A stretch of DNA of 64,000 nt, taken from NCBI GenBank assembly GCA_977030845.1, contig OZ365112.1:24490001-24554000 (forward strand). Reading direction: 5' to 3'. Position 1 is the stretch's first letter. Every line of letters begins with the position of its first letter. The translations under genes were made by a program, and so were the position numbers. The notes beneath the pieces are model-generated. The model was not told where the DNA came from. It ran no database searches and saw only the letters and a program-made list of their open reading frames with translations. Source of the stretch: Fimbriosthenelais zetlandica (lineage: Eukaryota). This document shows positions 48,701 through 60,397 of this stretch, one piece after another.

Positions 48701-51700
48701 CTTTTCTGCTGGAAAGATGTATTAATTTTTCAGAATCAAATTACACGCTGGCTTTCATGTAATGAAGTTACGGTTGGTGAGAATCACTTGATGGTGTGTG
48801 TGGTGGGTGGGATGGAATGCTCTGAAGTAACTATGTTACTCACACACAAAAAGAAGGCAATGTTTTGTGGGCATTCAACATGAAATGTGATATGGAATAT
48901 TGAACTTGCAGATGTTATAAAAGTTTCATTTCCTCTGCTAGTGCAGCCTCTTACAGGTAAAGATCGTCCTGACTTCAAAGTTTGAAACTAATTTTCATTC
49001 GAAAGTAAGGACAACGTTTCCACTAATCAGATTAATAGATCCTTTGGATTATTAATATAATAGTGATGTTATAATAGCAGATATACTTTTAGCGGCAGGT
49101 TCTTGGCAAGTCCTCGCTATCGGACAACCTGCTGAAGATGGTAGTTTTCTTTATAGAAATATGGAAGTTGTTTTAGACTTTCTTTCCTTCTTCTGTCACT
49201 AACACTATTTCGAAATTCGAAATCATAATCTCGTGATTCTCAATATTATTATTTCCCACAATTATTGCTCAAGCAGTTGTGTGATACCACCTGCAATTAA
49301 TCGATCGAATTACGATAACAGCATCAGCCAACAAGTGAGAATTACCATTAACTAGTTTAGGGATCTGCAAGGGGAACCCAATTTCATCTGTCAATATCTA
49401 AAAACAAGGCCTAACTTTGTTAAAGTGATTACCATGCTCATTGGATGTGTGGCTATATGTATAGAGCTGGATTCCAGTGGGATTAGTGCTATAAAGATAG
49501 AGGACTGGGCTTAATCTTCCCCTATATCGGATCTCCATGCTCGGTGCTTTGTCTCATAGAAGTCGGCATTAAAACAGGAAGACTATAATAAATCTAATAG
49601 CCAAGGCAGCCTCCTTCATCCTCCCATCAGACTCTAAACTCTAACCTAATTCAGCCAGCTGAGGAGGGGATAATATCATTTCCACCTGTTCACAATGAAT
49701 AGCAACATAGCGACTATTGCCCTAATGCGGTGTGCTTAACACATCACTATGGCAATAGAGGATCAGTATGACGTATAGTTAGCACCATATCTCTCCCTAA
49801 TACACCTTAACTGCTATTAACGCTATTATCAATATGCAGTGCCTTTACAATGTGATTCAATACATTTTATTAGCGACCACTGTGAACAGACGACATAAAC
49901 AAGGCTTGTTGTTGATGTATAAACATGTCCAGTCTGTTTCCCATAATATGTATATACATGCACATGGGTGAAATTGTACTTCAAAGTATTTCTGAGTAGA
50001 CATCAAATCTTCCATGGATAACTGTTGAACGTGGAATGAATGGAAACGAAGGTTGTAAAGAAGAATGCCCTTTCCATATGCGGGATGACGGAAGGTTGTG
50101 GGTGGGCGGTAATAGGCACCTTTTCCTGTCCATCGTACGTTCAGGTGTGATCAGAGTGGTCAGTCTGTATGATGGATCTACCTTCCTCACTCGTTGGTCA
50201 CTCTGCCTCCAAAAAAGGACTCCCCATGTCCAGTGATTTTGCACCATTGTAAAGGTCAGACCCACACCATACGGTTGTGGACCAACAGTGTCCGTGCACT
50301 GCCACCAACGCCTATCATTTTCTCTACCTTTTAAGCCACATGTAGGACTGCGGGCATATTAGTCATTTGTCACGAACGAAATGTCATCATTTCCCTCAAG
50401 GGGGCTTCAGAGAAAATAACCTTTAGCTGGTACTCTTGAATCCAGTCACAATAAAGAACTCCGCACAAGCAGCTGGCTCGCCTTCAGTTTATGGAAGATT
50501 GCGATTGGCCAATATCATAGGATATCTTGAATGATAAATCATATATGGCTTTCCTGTTGCCCCTTAATAGTTAGTTCCTGTAGATCATATTAAATCAGAC
50601 AGTAGATTGTGTGCCATTGAACAAAATGTTAAAAAAAGTAAACTTAGTTCTTTTCACCTTCAACAAGAACATGGTTTTGAGGCAAGAACGAATTAAGGTG
50701 GCTAACTATATGACCCCATAACTCCCTATACTTAATAAAGTCCCGCATCAGAGTTTCCTTGATTTATATGGCACCACACTAAAGGAAAATCATATGTGAT
50801 TCTAATAGAAAAGCAGCACGAGCACATTGAATAAAGTCATTACCATTATTGGCAGCAACAGGAATTGTAAAAGCCAACAGTTGATATTCTTCGAATGGCA
50901 GCTGACCTGATCCCTAGAAGCCATAGGAAAAGGTTCTTTCGCAAAAGAATGGCTATAAATGGAAAACAAAGCATGTTTACTTAATGAGAAGACAAATTCA
51001 GCTGTCCCATCTCATCAATTATACAATGAGGGCCTGTGTTTTAAAGTCTTTCTCCTGATCGTGGACTGGGCACGTGTTGGTTGCGCTTTATGCCAGCACC
51101 TTCCACAGCTTGCTGTAATACAAGTCTCTGGTCTGCTCCACGCCCTATAATGGAGTTTTAGTGTCCTGCCACTCCCCTTAACCCGCTACTGACAGCAGTA
51201 ATTAAGCCTTCATCTGTAAGAACCTGCCCAATTTTTCCTCTGCAATCCTAGTGTTTTGTCCATGAACAACCACATTCAATTTGCCGTGAAGCAGTCCTCA
51301 CGGAGAAGAAATGCTTTCTGGGGAGCTGAGCAGTTACATGAGTATTGTCGGGGACGAGTGATTGAGGTTGTATAGCGGAGGAAGACGCCGGAGTATGGTG
51401 TTTAGGGGCATTATCTGGCTTGAGAAAGGGATCCCCGGTAAAACACTAGTATTTGGTGGATCTTCACTCTGCCCAGTCTCCGGGGAACAACTCTCACTTA
51501 AGGGATAAAACAGGGAGGACAAAGGTAGAAGGAAAAACTTGTTTCCTGGTGCTCAAGTCGTTTTGCCAATAAGAGTTTGGTGAGCCCAGCTGTTGGTCAA
51601 ATTTCAATATAAAAGGTCCCTTTGTCTTAAAAGTAAAATGCCAGTAAACTTCTACTTTTTCTTTCGGTCCTTTTCTCCCCTTTCTGTTCTCTCCCCAACC

Positions 51701-54700
51701 CCCACCATCCACCCTCCATTCCTTCATAACCTTTCTAATTCAGGTATATAATTCAGTATATGTGCCTATGTTATTCATTCCCAAGACCTTACTGCACAAT
51801 ACATAAGACAGATTACTTATATTTGCTGAGAAAGAATGACTAATATGCACATTGAGAATGTGTTATATGATATTATCGTTTTCCATTGTCGACTCATATA
51901 GACCCGCCTATTTGATTGACAGTGATTATATAAGTTATAATGAGCATTGCCTGTTAGTGCGTCAACAACACTTAATCTGTGACCCTGTCAGCTCCAGGGT
52001 CCTGCCTGTCACATATATACCACCAGCATTGACAGCTCCTTAAGCCGTCAAACCATCTATATCTTCCGCCTTTCACCGAGTGTAAGCGACGCGAGATGAA
52101 GCGTAAAACAGCAATGAAAAGGCAGATGGAATAATGATTGAATTCCTCCACTTTTGTTCCAACTGAAGCGAGCAAGTGGAAAAGGGAATGAGATCACATT
52201 TGCAGGCTTCCTATATGTGCACTGGCTATTCCTGGAGAAATGGTCTTAGTCGGAAATTAGTTTCTGGTGTGATTTCCCCTTGTCAGGGTTATTGGAGGTC
52301 GGTAAGAGAACAGTAATTAGAGATATAAGACTTGGTAATTAAGGCAGTTGGCATGGGTCCGGGGCTAACATTGGAGTGTCGTGAAAAGAGAGGATATGAT
52401 AATTTAGTTAGGGAGGATCTGGGATAGAGGTAGTGTATAGGGGATGAGCGTGATGGATGGATGGTATGAGAAGCGAGAGGTAATAACATGTCCGGTGGTA
52501 AGAAGAGGTATAGGGACGTCGCTGCTTCATAGTCACACACTACATCATCTAAAGCAGCATAACTAGCTCGGGATTGGTGTAATTAAGGAGGGGCTGAGAA
52601 GGGAAACGCCTTCAAGACGACTTTTTACCTGGGGAATGCAGCACGTTCAGGCGTCCCCGTGCAGGGGATGCTGCTCTCATGGGACGTATATACATACTAC
52701 CCAAAAAGTTGCTTCAATCACGGTTCTGTGAAGAGATGCCTTGATCTGGAGGTGCTTACGAAACAAAAGAAATGCTTTGCTTGAATGATTAATTTTCTAA
52801 ACTCATTTCAGAATTTTGGTTATAACCGCATATCAAGGCCGTTCATAATGGAAACCCTTGAATTGTCAAAAAGTTTTCAACAAGATGTGGATCAGTATTT
52901 TTACTAAAATGTACTGATGTGCAATCGGTTCTCTGCGTGACTAAACTAATGTAACTATAATGATATACTGTGTAGATGTTTCCATATTTCTACTACCGTT
53001 TGTGTACAGTTTCCTCAAGGAGTTTGTGTGTGCGGCACTGCTTAATGTTAGCCCTCATCTCGTGTTTTAATAATCAATCACCATCAATCAAACCCCCAAC
53101 GTGTCAGCTTCTGATGAACAACTGCCGTCCACTAATAAACGCTGCCATCTTCCTCTGACAGGAGGCGCTGGAATAAGCCGCAGGCATTTCATCACATAAC
53201 ATGGAAAATGTGAAAATATGAGCTTTGTCCTTGACCCTGCTTCAGTTTGAATAACTGGTGAAATGATCTTATCGGCATTTCGTATTCCTTAATGTTGCAA
53301 TTGCCACATTTATTAATAGTGCAACTGCAGTTACCTGGTCTAGTTGTTCTTGTAGTTGGATGGGGTTTAACGTCACTTCCTACCTGGTCTAACCACTGAC
53401 TATATTACAATTATGGAAACTATTGCTCTGCTTCAGTCAAAATTCTTCAAAAAGAACATCATGAATCACGCATCCTTGGGAACTCTCTCCCGGATAATTC
53501 CTTCCAATCTCTAACTCAATTATTCATCTACCAATTAGGCTCCTCAGCCTGGGAATGTGTCATATCCCGTTGTTAGGACTGGGCGTGAAAAATAGCAGCC
53601 TCTCAATTATTGCATTGACCTTGGCGCATTATCTTGTTGGCCCCGCTTGTTCAAACAAGGCTGCAATGTAATTTAGTCTTCCCAGTTTACTCGCCTCCAA
53701 ATGCTGTGAAGCCAGGTTTTGGCGGGAAACACGTCTGCTGCTCAGCTGACGACAATTTCCTTTGCACACTTCATTTTCAATGTTTGTGTGGTAATTAGTG
53801 AACCAGTGTAGAATTAGAGCCAGGACGAGGTGAATATTATCACCAGAGAGGCAATCTTTTTGGTTCTCTCAGCCCCAAGGAGACTGCTCTGTTCACCAGT
53901 TTTGCCCCCTCCCATTCTCTACCTTTCTTGTATTTATTATTCATTGCCAGCAGTATAGAGACTTGTTTTCAAGGGACTTGCCTGTTGCAAGCAATAGAAT
54001 AAATTGCAAACATACAAATCTAATATTCATCACGTTCCTCGCCGCCACATTCAGGGCCATCTATCTGATTGAATTTCCGACAGAGGGCAGGAATGAATGT
54101 CGGATATATTTGCTAGCATTATCTGTGAGTGTGATTTTAAGGTAAAATCACAAAGTTTCCTCAGAGACTTCAGAGTTTGCCGTTAAACAAATGGACAGGC
54201 CCACAAGTGAATTGCCCATCTGAGCCACCTGGTGACTAACTATAGTGGGATCGGATCAAGTATTGTTTCATATTGAGTAATTGACAGGTGGCCTACTTTC
54301 ATCCCCTTTGATTGAGCCTGGACACCTATGGCCATGTATGGAAGTACTCACTGATGTTTCTCATTCAATGTTACCCTAATATGAGTGATAATATAGATAA
54401 AAGATGGAATCGCTGCTACTAAAAGTGGGTGATATTGAATTAGCTTTGTGCCAGGTCGCCCCTAGGTATATGTAGCCTACTGTACCACAAAACCTTCATT
54501 TTACGTTGGTTTAATATTTCCATCAAAGACTCTGTTAGTGTCTGCCAACATCGCTCCCTTTTAGCACATAATGTCTCAAGCAAAATCGCAACAATGGAGT
54601 ACTGGCTTAATAGTCATGGATTTTCTTTATCTTTAAGAGTCTATGGTTGCTACCCAGATTGGATTGTGCTTTTAATTTCATTTCATTTGACGGGTATATG

Positions 54701-57249
54701 ATAGGTACAGCAGCTGGAAGTAAAAACGAAACAAGTGCTGTATTTATTCCAGTGTCAAACCATTCTCTTCAAAGTGAGCACTATTAATTCCCTTGTTCCC
54801 TGAACGCAATTAGCAGGCTTCATTAAAATAATCAGCCAACTAGATTATAACTCCATCTGTGATGTATGAAAGGAAAAAGCGAGAAAAGCAGGGGCGAGGA
54901 GAGTCCTTTTGTCTCGTCCTCCTTTCATAGATTCACAGCACATTGCCCCACACTCAGGTAAAGAGTCTCAATCCACTAATCCCATTTTCCATCAGTCAGC
55001 TAATCGATTTTTCTCCACTGATTAAGCCTGATGATTTGAATTTTATCAGCAGATAACTTTACATTAGTTTAGCATGCACACTGATAGAGTAAGCCTCATT
55101 TTGTATGAACAAAGTAGAAATTCGGTGAAAACTGATGATTGGCGAGTGGATATGGGGCTTAATAATGGAGGTCCTTGAGCTGCTCAGGCCTCTCCTTCTG
55201 CTCCTGTGTGGGCAGGTGGTATAAGAAGAGTGTAGGAAAGGACGTGAAATACCTGGGGAAATCACGTCCAACCCATGCTGGTCCCAGATTCGTTATCTGC
55301 ACCAGCGAATGGCGGATAATTAAGGCTTTACTGGGCGGCAATGGCGTAATTAGATTCCATAATTATTGTGTAAGACTCGCCGATACAAGAGTGGAGAAGG
55401 GGTATAGATGCAGTCTAGGGGACCGGTATTAGTGTCTTAAATACGTGGTGTAGGCCACAAATGGTGGATGTAAGAAAAGACGGCTCTGTCAATTGGTCTC
55501 GAGTCCATTGACTTCAGAAAAGCCAAGTGTTTGGCGCAACAAAAAGTTCTTTTTAATCAATGCTTCTTGGAATAGTTCTCTTCCGCTTTTATGTCTTATT
55601 CATGAAATACATCTCCAGAATTCTTTGACTTTCTAGTTCATATGAGCTCCAGTACTGCAATTTTACTTCCACCCAAACTGCGGCAATGGCGATGCTTGAA
55701 AGTTTTGACCACAATTCGTATATTGGCGACTCAAGTATCGCTGTTGTGGCAGTGGGTGGCGTCGCCATCACAATTGCAGCAGTGGACTACTGGCTGAAAG
55801 TAAGAACTGGAAAACTCGGATATTATATATCTCCTCAAAGATTTCAGCTAAGATCAGTCAGTTTTTCACCTTGAGATCTCCATGAGGAGTTGATATGCAC
55901 GCGGCCTTCTGGAGTGAACACCTCACCATGTTATATGTCCCTCATTTGCCTATAGTGCTCACTGCGGGGAGCGCCCCAGGTCACTGACATTGTTAGCAGG
56001 CGTTAGTAGCAGGTAGTTCTCTACCACTTAGCCCTTGCACTTTTCAGCTCGGCATTAGCTTCACATCCACTGACTTTTAACGTCCATCGATCAATGGAAA
56101 TGATATGACATTCCACGGTTTTCACGTTCCTTCCTGTGTGGGGAAATGAATGAATGCAGGTGTTAATTGCTATGGAAAAAGTCTGCCTTCTGAAAGATGG
56201 CTTCCAGTTGATAGAGTAGGTAATATGTGTGGGCAGAGCATGCTGTCTCCATCCTCATTGCGGGCACCATATTTAAATACATTGAATTGAAAGGTAAATT
56301 CATTTAGGGAAGTAGTGCCCAAAGTTCTTTAAGTTACTGTTCAGTCTTTCAATGATCAGGTATTTGTTTACGGACTTTCACTTTCATCTGTTCTTGAATG
56401 AATATCTCTTTCATGAATTCCTTACTGATGAATGTAATTTCTTTGGTTTGTTTGTTTCGACATTTGCTTTGCCACAAATCTGGGACGCACAACTGTAACA
56501 TAAGACAGCGCAGTGTGCGAATCAATACTTGAAGACGTCCGCCATGCGTCCGTCCAGTGAATAGTTGAAGCGTAAATACTCCACTGTTTCTGGTTCAATC
56601 AACTTGTTGAAGCCATCTTGCCAGGACTTTTTTCCAGGCCAATATGTCGGTTAATGCAGTTAGTGAATTGTCTGTTGAGGCCCTATTTTTGCATAACTGT
56701 GTCTTTTGGTGATTGTTGTCCTTTATTATGGTGCCCCGCTGCTTCATGTGTCTCACGGACATCCGTTACATGATAATCTACCAGTCCCATAACACCTAAA
56801 TCACCCCTAAATCACCCCAATAGAAGACACTCTACCATGGTATGTCTGTATTATATTACTGTCTTATTCCGAGGAGGATATTGTGGACATTTTAGCACAG
56901 TTTTCCTTAATTCTTCTTTGGATCATTTTTTCAATTTAGATTTATGAATATTGCCTTCTGCAATGTAAGCCGCACATCCTTCCTGAGTCTTTGAAATTGT
57001 TTGTAAGCTTGTCTAAAATTTCACATCCTGTTTGTGTACCTTTTCAAAACAAGGCTGCCATTTTGAAAAAAATATGTTCTAGAAACATCATGTCTTTAGA
57101 CTGGCTATCTCGTATTCTGATATGTCTGCAATTGCCTGTTATTTGCAGTTTGCACATTTGTGGCTTTCTTCAGGGCTCTGTTTCAGAAGAAAGAGGGTAC
57201 TTCCTTTGTTTCTGGACTTTATCAATGTTATGGACATTACATATATCTT

Positions 57250-57430
57250 AATCTATGAATTTTGCGTAGACCTGTGTCTATGAACTTTACATAGTCCCTT
57301 GTCTATGAACTTTACAGAGACTACATAGACCTTAATTTATGGAATTTACATAATTATATAGACATAAGTTTATGGCCTTTCACGGCCATGACCATGTCTG
57401 TGGACGTCACGTAGACATTAGTCTATGGAG
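57250..57430. repeat. Degenerate tandem repeat (GTCTATGAACTTTAC...TAGAC-like units) just upstream of the POLD2 last exon
   Basis: Recurring GTCTATGAACTTTAC / TTTATGGAATTTAC / TAGAC motifs with irregular period. Confidence 0.55.
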
Positions 57431-57578
57431 AAAAAAGAATTTTTTCAACTGATTCTTTTATTCTAAATTTTTTTTCAAAACATTAGTGTATGGAGCTTTT
57501 TCTCTGAGACAGACCCTGAATGTCACAATCATGTTGTGAGCGGAAAAGTGAGTATTTTGTGTTCTCTTGACATTACAG

Positions 57579-57748
57579 GTACAGCAGGTCAGTCAGTACG
57601 CCTGGTCACCATACCAAGGTTCAGTAAGACACGGACCTGTGTCCTCATCAATCTCACCAACCTAGAATGCCAGCCCATTACTTTTGACACCGCCTTTCCT
57701 TCTGCTTCCGACGAGGAGGGAGAGGCTAGTCCTGACGTGGATAAATGA
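57579..57748 (+). CDS. POLD2: POLD2 terminal coding exon 10
   Basis: Acceptor TGTGTTCTCTTGACATTACAG|, phase 1 matching exon 9. Encodes (G)TAGQSVRLVTIPRFSKTRTCVLINLTNLECQPITFDTAFPSASDEEGEASPDVDK*, matching the POLD2 C-terminal pattern (V.LVTxPxFSxTxTxxLxNLxxLxCQPIxF). No other copy of this segment was seen nearer exon 9. Confidence 0.92.
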
Positions 57749-58860
57749 CTGACCGCGGCCAGCTGATGAGCTGCTCTCAGCCGCCTCAACCCACTCACAC
57801 TCCATACCCGTAACAACAGGTCATAGCATTGTTGCAAGTCGGTTACTACTCAATCCGACTTTCAACGTTATAAACATTATGAACCCTTTGCAACTGTCAA
57901 CCTGTGACTTGGGCTGCTTAAATCAATGCTGATATTGGCAAGAAGTGGTTTGGAAGTTGTGTTCCGCAGCAGCGAGCTAAAACTTGTTGCTGGCTCCATC
58001 TTTACGGGCTACACAGTTATGAACTGCATTGCCGCATGGTGTGCGACATCATAATCTTCACAAAACATTCAATTTAATTCACTCTTGATATATTATAACA
58101 TTACAGGAGATACATCATCCCCTTGCCTTAATACTGATATTGTAATAATTGATGAATATAATTCACTCCAAAAGTAAGTTCTTGTTTTTCTTTATTTGCT
58201 GAGCTTTAGTTTTAATGTCATTTTCAAATGGATTTCTCTGTTCTCTGCTTAGGAAAGGATCGAGGCATAATGAGCTAAGAAGATCCAACAAAGTTACCTC
58301 GTTAGGCCCTTGGTGAGACCGTATATTTGAGAAGATTTCGGAGAAAACAACATTAAGTTAATCAGGTACACAAGAAAAGCAGGTCCGAGAAGAAAATTGT
58401 TGGGCCTTATCTTCTACCTTCAAGGCAAAATGTAGTTTACTTTCCAGGTGAACAAAATGATAGCAGTTGAGTCGCAGGTAAGGTGATCCAATATGCACTA
58501 TATCCATCTAACCCCATGGATATCCATCTAACCTCATGTATATCATCGATTTCCTGCGACGGACTTGAACTCCAGCGCCTTGAATTCTACCTGTCCAGTA
58601 ACTTATACAAAGGTGTAAGATTGTGCTATAATGGATTTCTTTTACATTTTTTGATCGTCAAGATCTAATGGTGTGCTTTAGGGATGGACGCGATGGCTTA
58701 TCGATTACTGCCTTTATGTCATAGAGACGATATCACATTCATCAAGTATCCTTGATTTTTATTGCTGTTACCTTCAGTGTAATGACTGAGTATCTTGTCA
58801 CTTACAAATTGGGAACAGGTGCAGGGGAGTCGGGACAAACCAGATCAACAGAACTGTATC

Positions 58861-59069
58861 AGAATCTACATGCCTTGACGCACCAAATCAAAAGAACTGT
58901 TTTAGAATATACATCCCAAGACCAACCCAATCAAAAGAACTGTTCTAGAATCTACATGCCTCGACGCACCAAATCAAAAGAATTGTTTTAGAATCTACAT
59001 GCCTCGACGCACCAAATCAAAAGAACTGTTTTAGAATATACATGCCTCGACGCACCAAATCAAAAGAAC
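58861..59069. repeat. 43-bp minisatellite, about 5 copies
   Basis: Unit AGAATCTACATGCCTCGACGCACCAAATCAAAAGAACTGTTTT with starts at 58861, 58904, 58947, 58990 and 59033. Confidence 0.93.
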
Positions 59070-60073
59070 ATGTCCCATGTCTGTCAATACATCGTTATCT
59101 GATTTAAGAACATGCTCATCATCATTTTGTGTGGTAAAACATGTCTATCAGGATTGAGGCTCATTTTTGTGACGAGATTAAGGGAAGCATGTAAATATGC
59201 GACAGGTATTCACAGTAAACAGAGGGCTGGTTCTGATCTCATTTCTATAGACAAGGCTCTAATGGACCAAGGAAAGCTGATTTTTTCTATCCAGAAGGAT
59301 TTGTCATTTTTCATTTTGATCGTAGACCGAGGACACCCAGCAAACCTGTGCAATGTCTCACACTGCTAGTGAGACATTAAATGTAGTTTGTTCATTGGGT
59401 TTGCTCTCTTTCCTAAATATTTTGTTCGGTTAAGTTTTCAAGTGTCTTGTCATCTGATATTACATCAATACAAGAATCGATGTTGCAAGAAATGAAGTAA
59501 GAGTGAATCATCTAAATTCGTCGAAGGCAAATTTTATTGTTGACTGACCTTCTCTTGAGTATAATACCAAACAGAACGTGGAGCCTTTAAGCAAAAAGGG
59601 GTAATTATTACGTTTTCCCGAAACTTTTGCAAATGGCATTCGATTTCCATCTGCATTTCTTATAATTTTAAAGTTCCTTTTTTTTGTTTTCTATGATTGA
59701 TCGGCCGTGTCTTCAGGAGTGTAAATATGTTGTCGAATGTACAGGAGTGTAAAAGGGCATCCTGAGTGAGAACGGGGAGCCGTGTATTTCAGGCTTTCTT
59801 TCACTCTGTAAAATTCAAATCTTTCTAATGGAATTCCTAGGAAGGCTGAAAGGATTTTATGACATAGGGAAATCTGCGTATTATATTTCCTTTGAACATC
59901 CAATTTTAGAACTTGGATCAAGCCTGAATATTTATTCAATCGACTCTCTTAATGGATGGAAACACTTTGAGAGTAGAAGTTGCTAACTGTTAGTTATGTC
60001 TCAGCTCCAAGCCTAGGCAAATAGTTTAACCTTAAAGCCTGATGCAGATTTTTGTCCTGAAAGTTCTCGTCTG

Positions 60074-60397
60074 AGAGTAAGACTTGGTGCTGTTGCTGTG
60101 CTTGCAACAAGACGGAAACCGTTTTTGGAATCTCCGGTAAGAAGGCCTCTAACATGACAGTTGTGACAAGTGACAAATCTCTGACAATTCTGCCCCCTGA
60201 TCCCCTTCACATTATAAAGAACCAGATAACCCAGAGAGAATTAGACATGGAGCCTTTTAGAGTTTTGCAACAGTTCCTACTCAAAGTCTTCACCCAACAA
60301 CAGACAAAAGTTTGAAACGTTTCATTAATGGTGGTCTTTATCACACCGAAAATCGTTTACGTCTTGTTGCAAGCAGACCAACACCGAGCCTTACTCT
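60074..60397. repeat. Imperfect inverted repeat (arms 60074-60126 and 60348-60397)
   Basis: Perfect 16-bp core TGCTTGCAACAAGACG (60099-60114) versus CGTCTTGTTGCAAGCA (60360-60375), with looser matches to about 50 bp. Confidence 0.75.

Noticed and set aside
48940-54963. Additional AG|GT candidates CTCTTACAG|GTAAAG (48956/7) and CACTCAG|GTAAAG (54957/8)
   Set aside because: The regenerated donor (GTAAAG) is weaker and the tracts are shorter or interrupted, so they cannot be separated from background by eye.
56450-57230. Minus-strand semi-open frames suggesting a decayed transposon ORF
   Set aside because: Multiple stops and no diagnostic RT or transposase motif; an apparent KSPG match did not continue in frame.
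11000-57500. Nested protein-coding gene (for example a homeobox) inside the giant intron
   Set aside because: None of the track ORFs shows a recognisable domain (no WFQN-type helix, no consistent exon chain). Small exons could be missed without a homology search.
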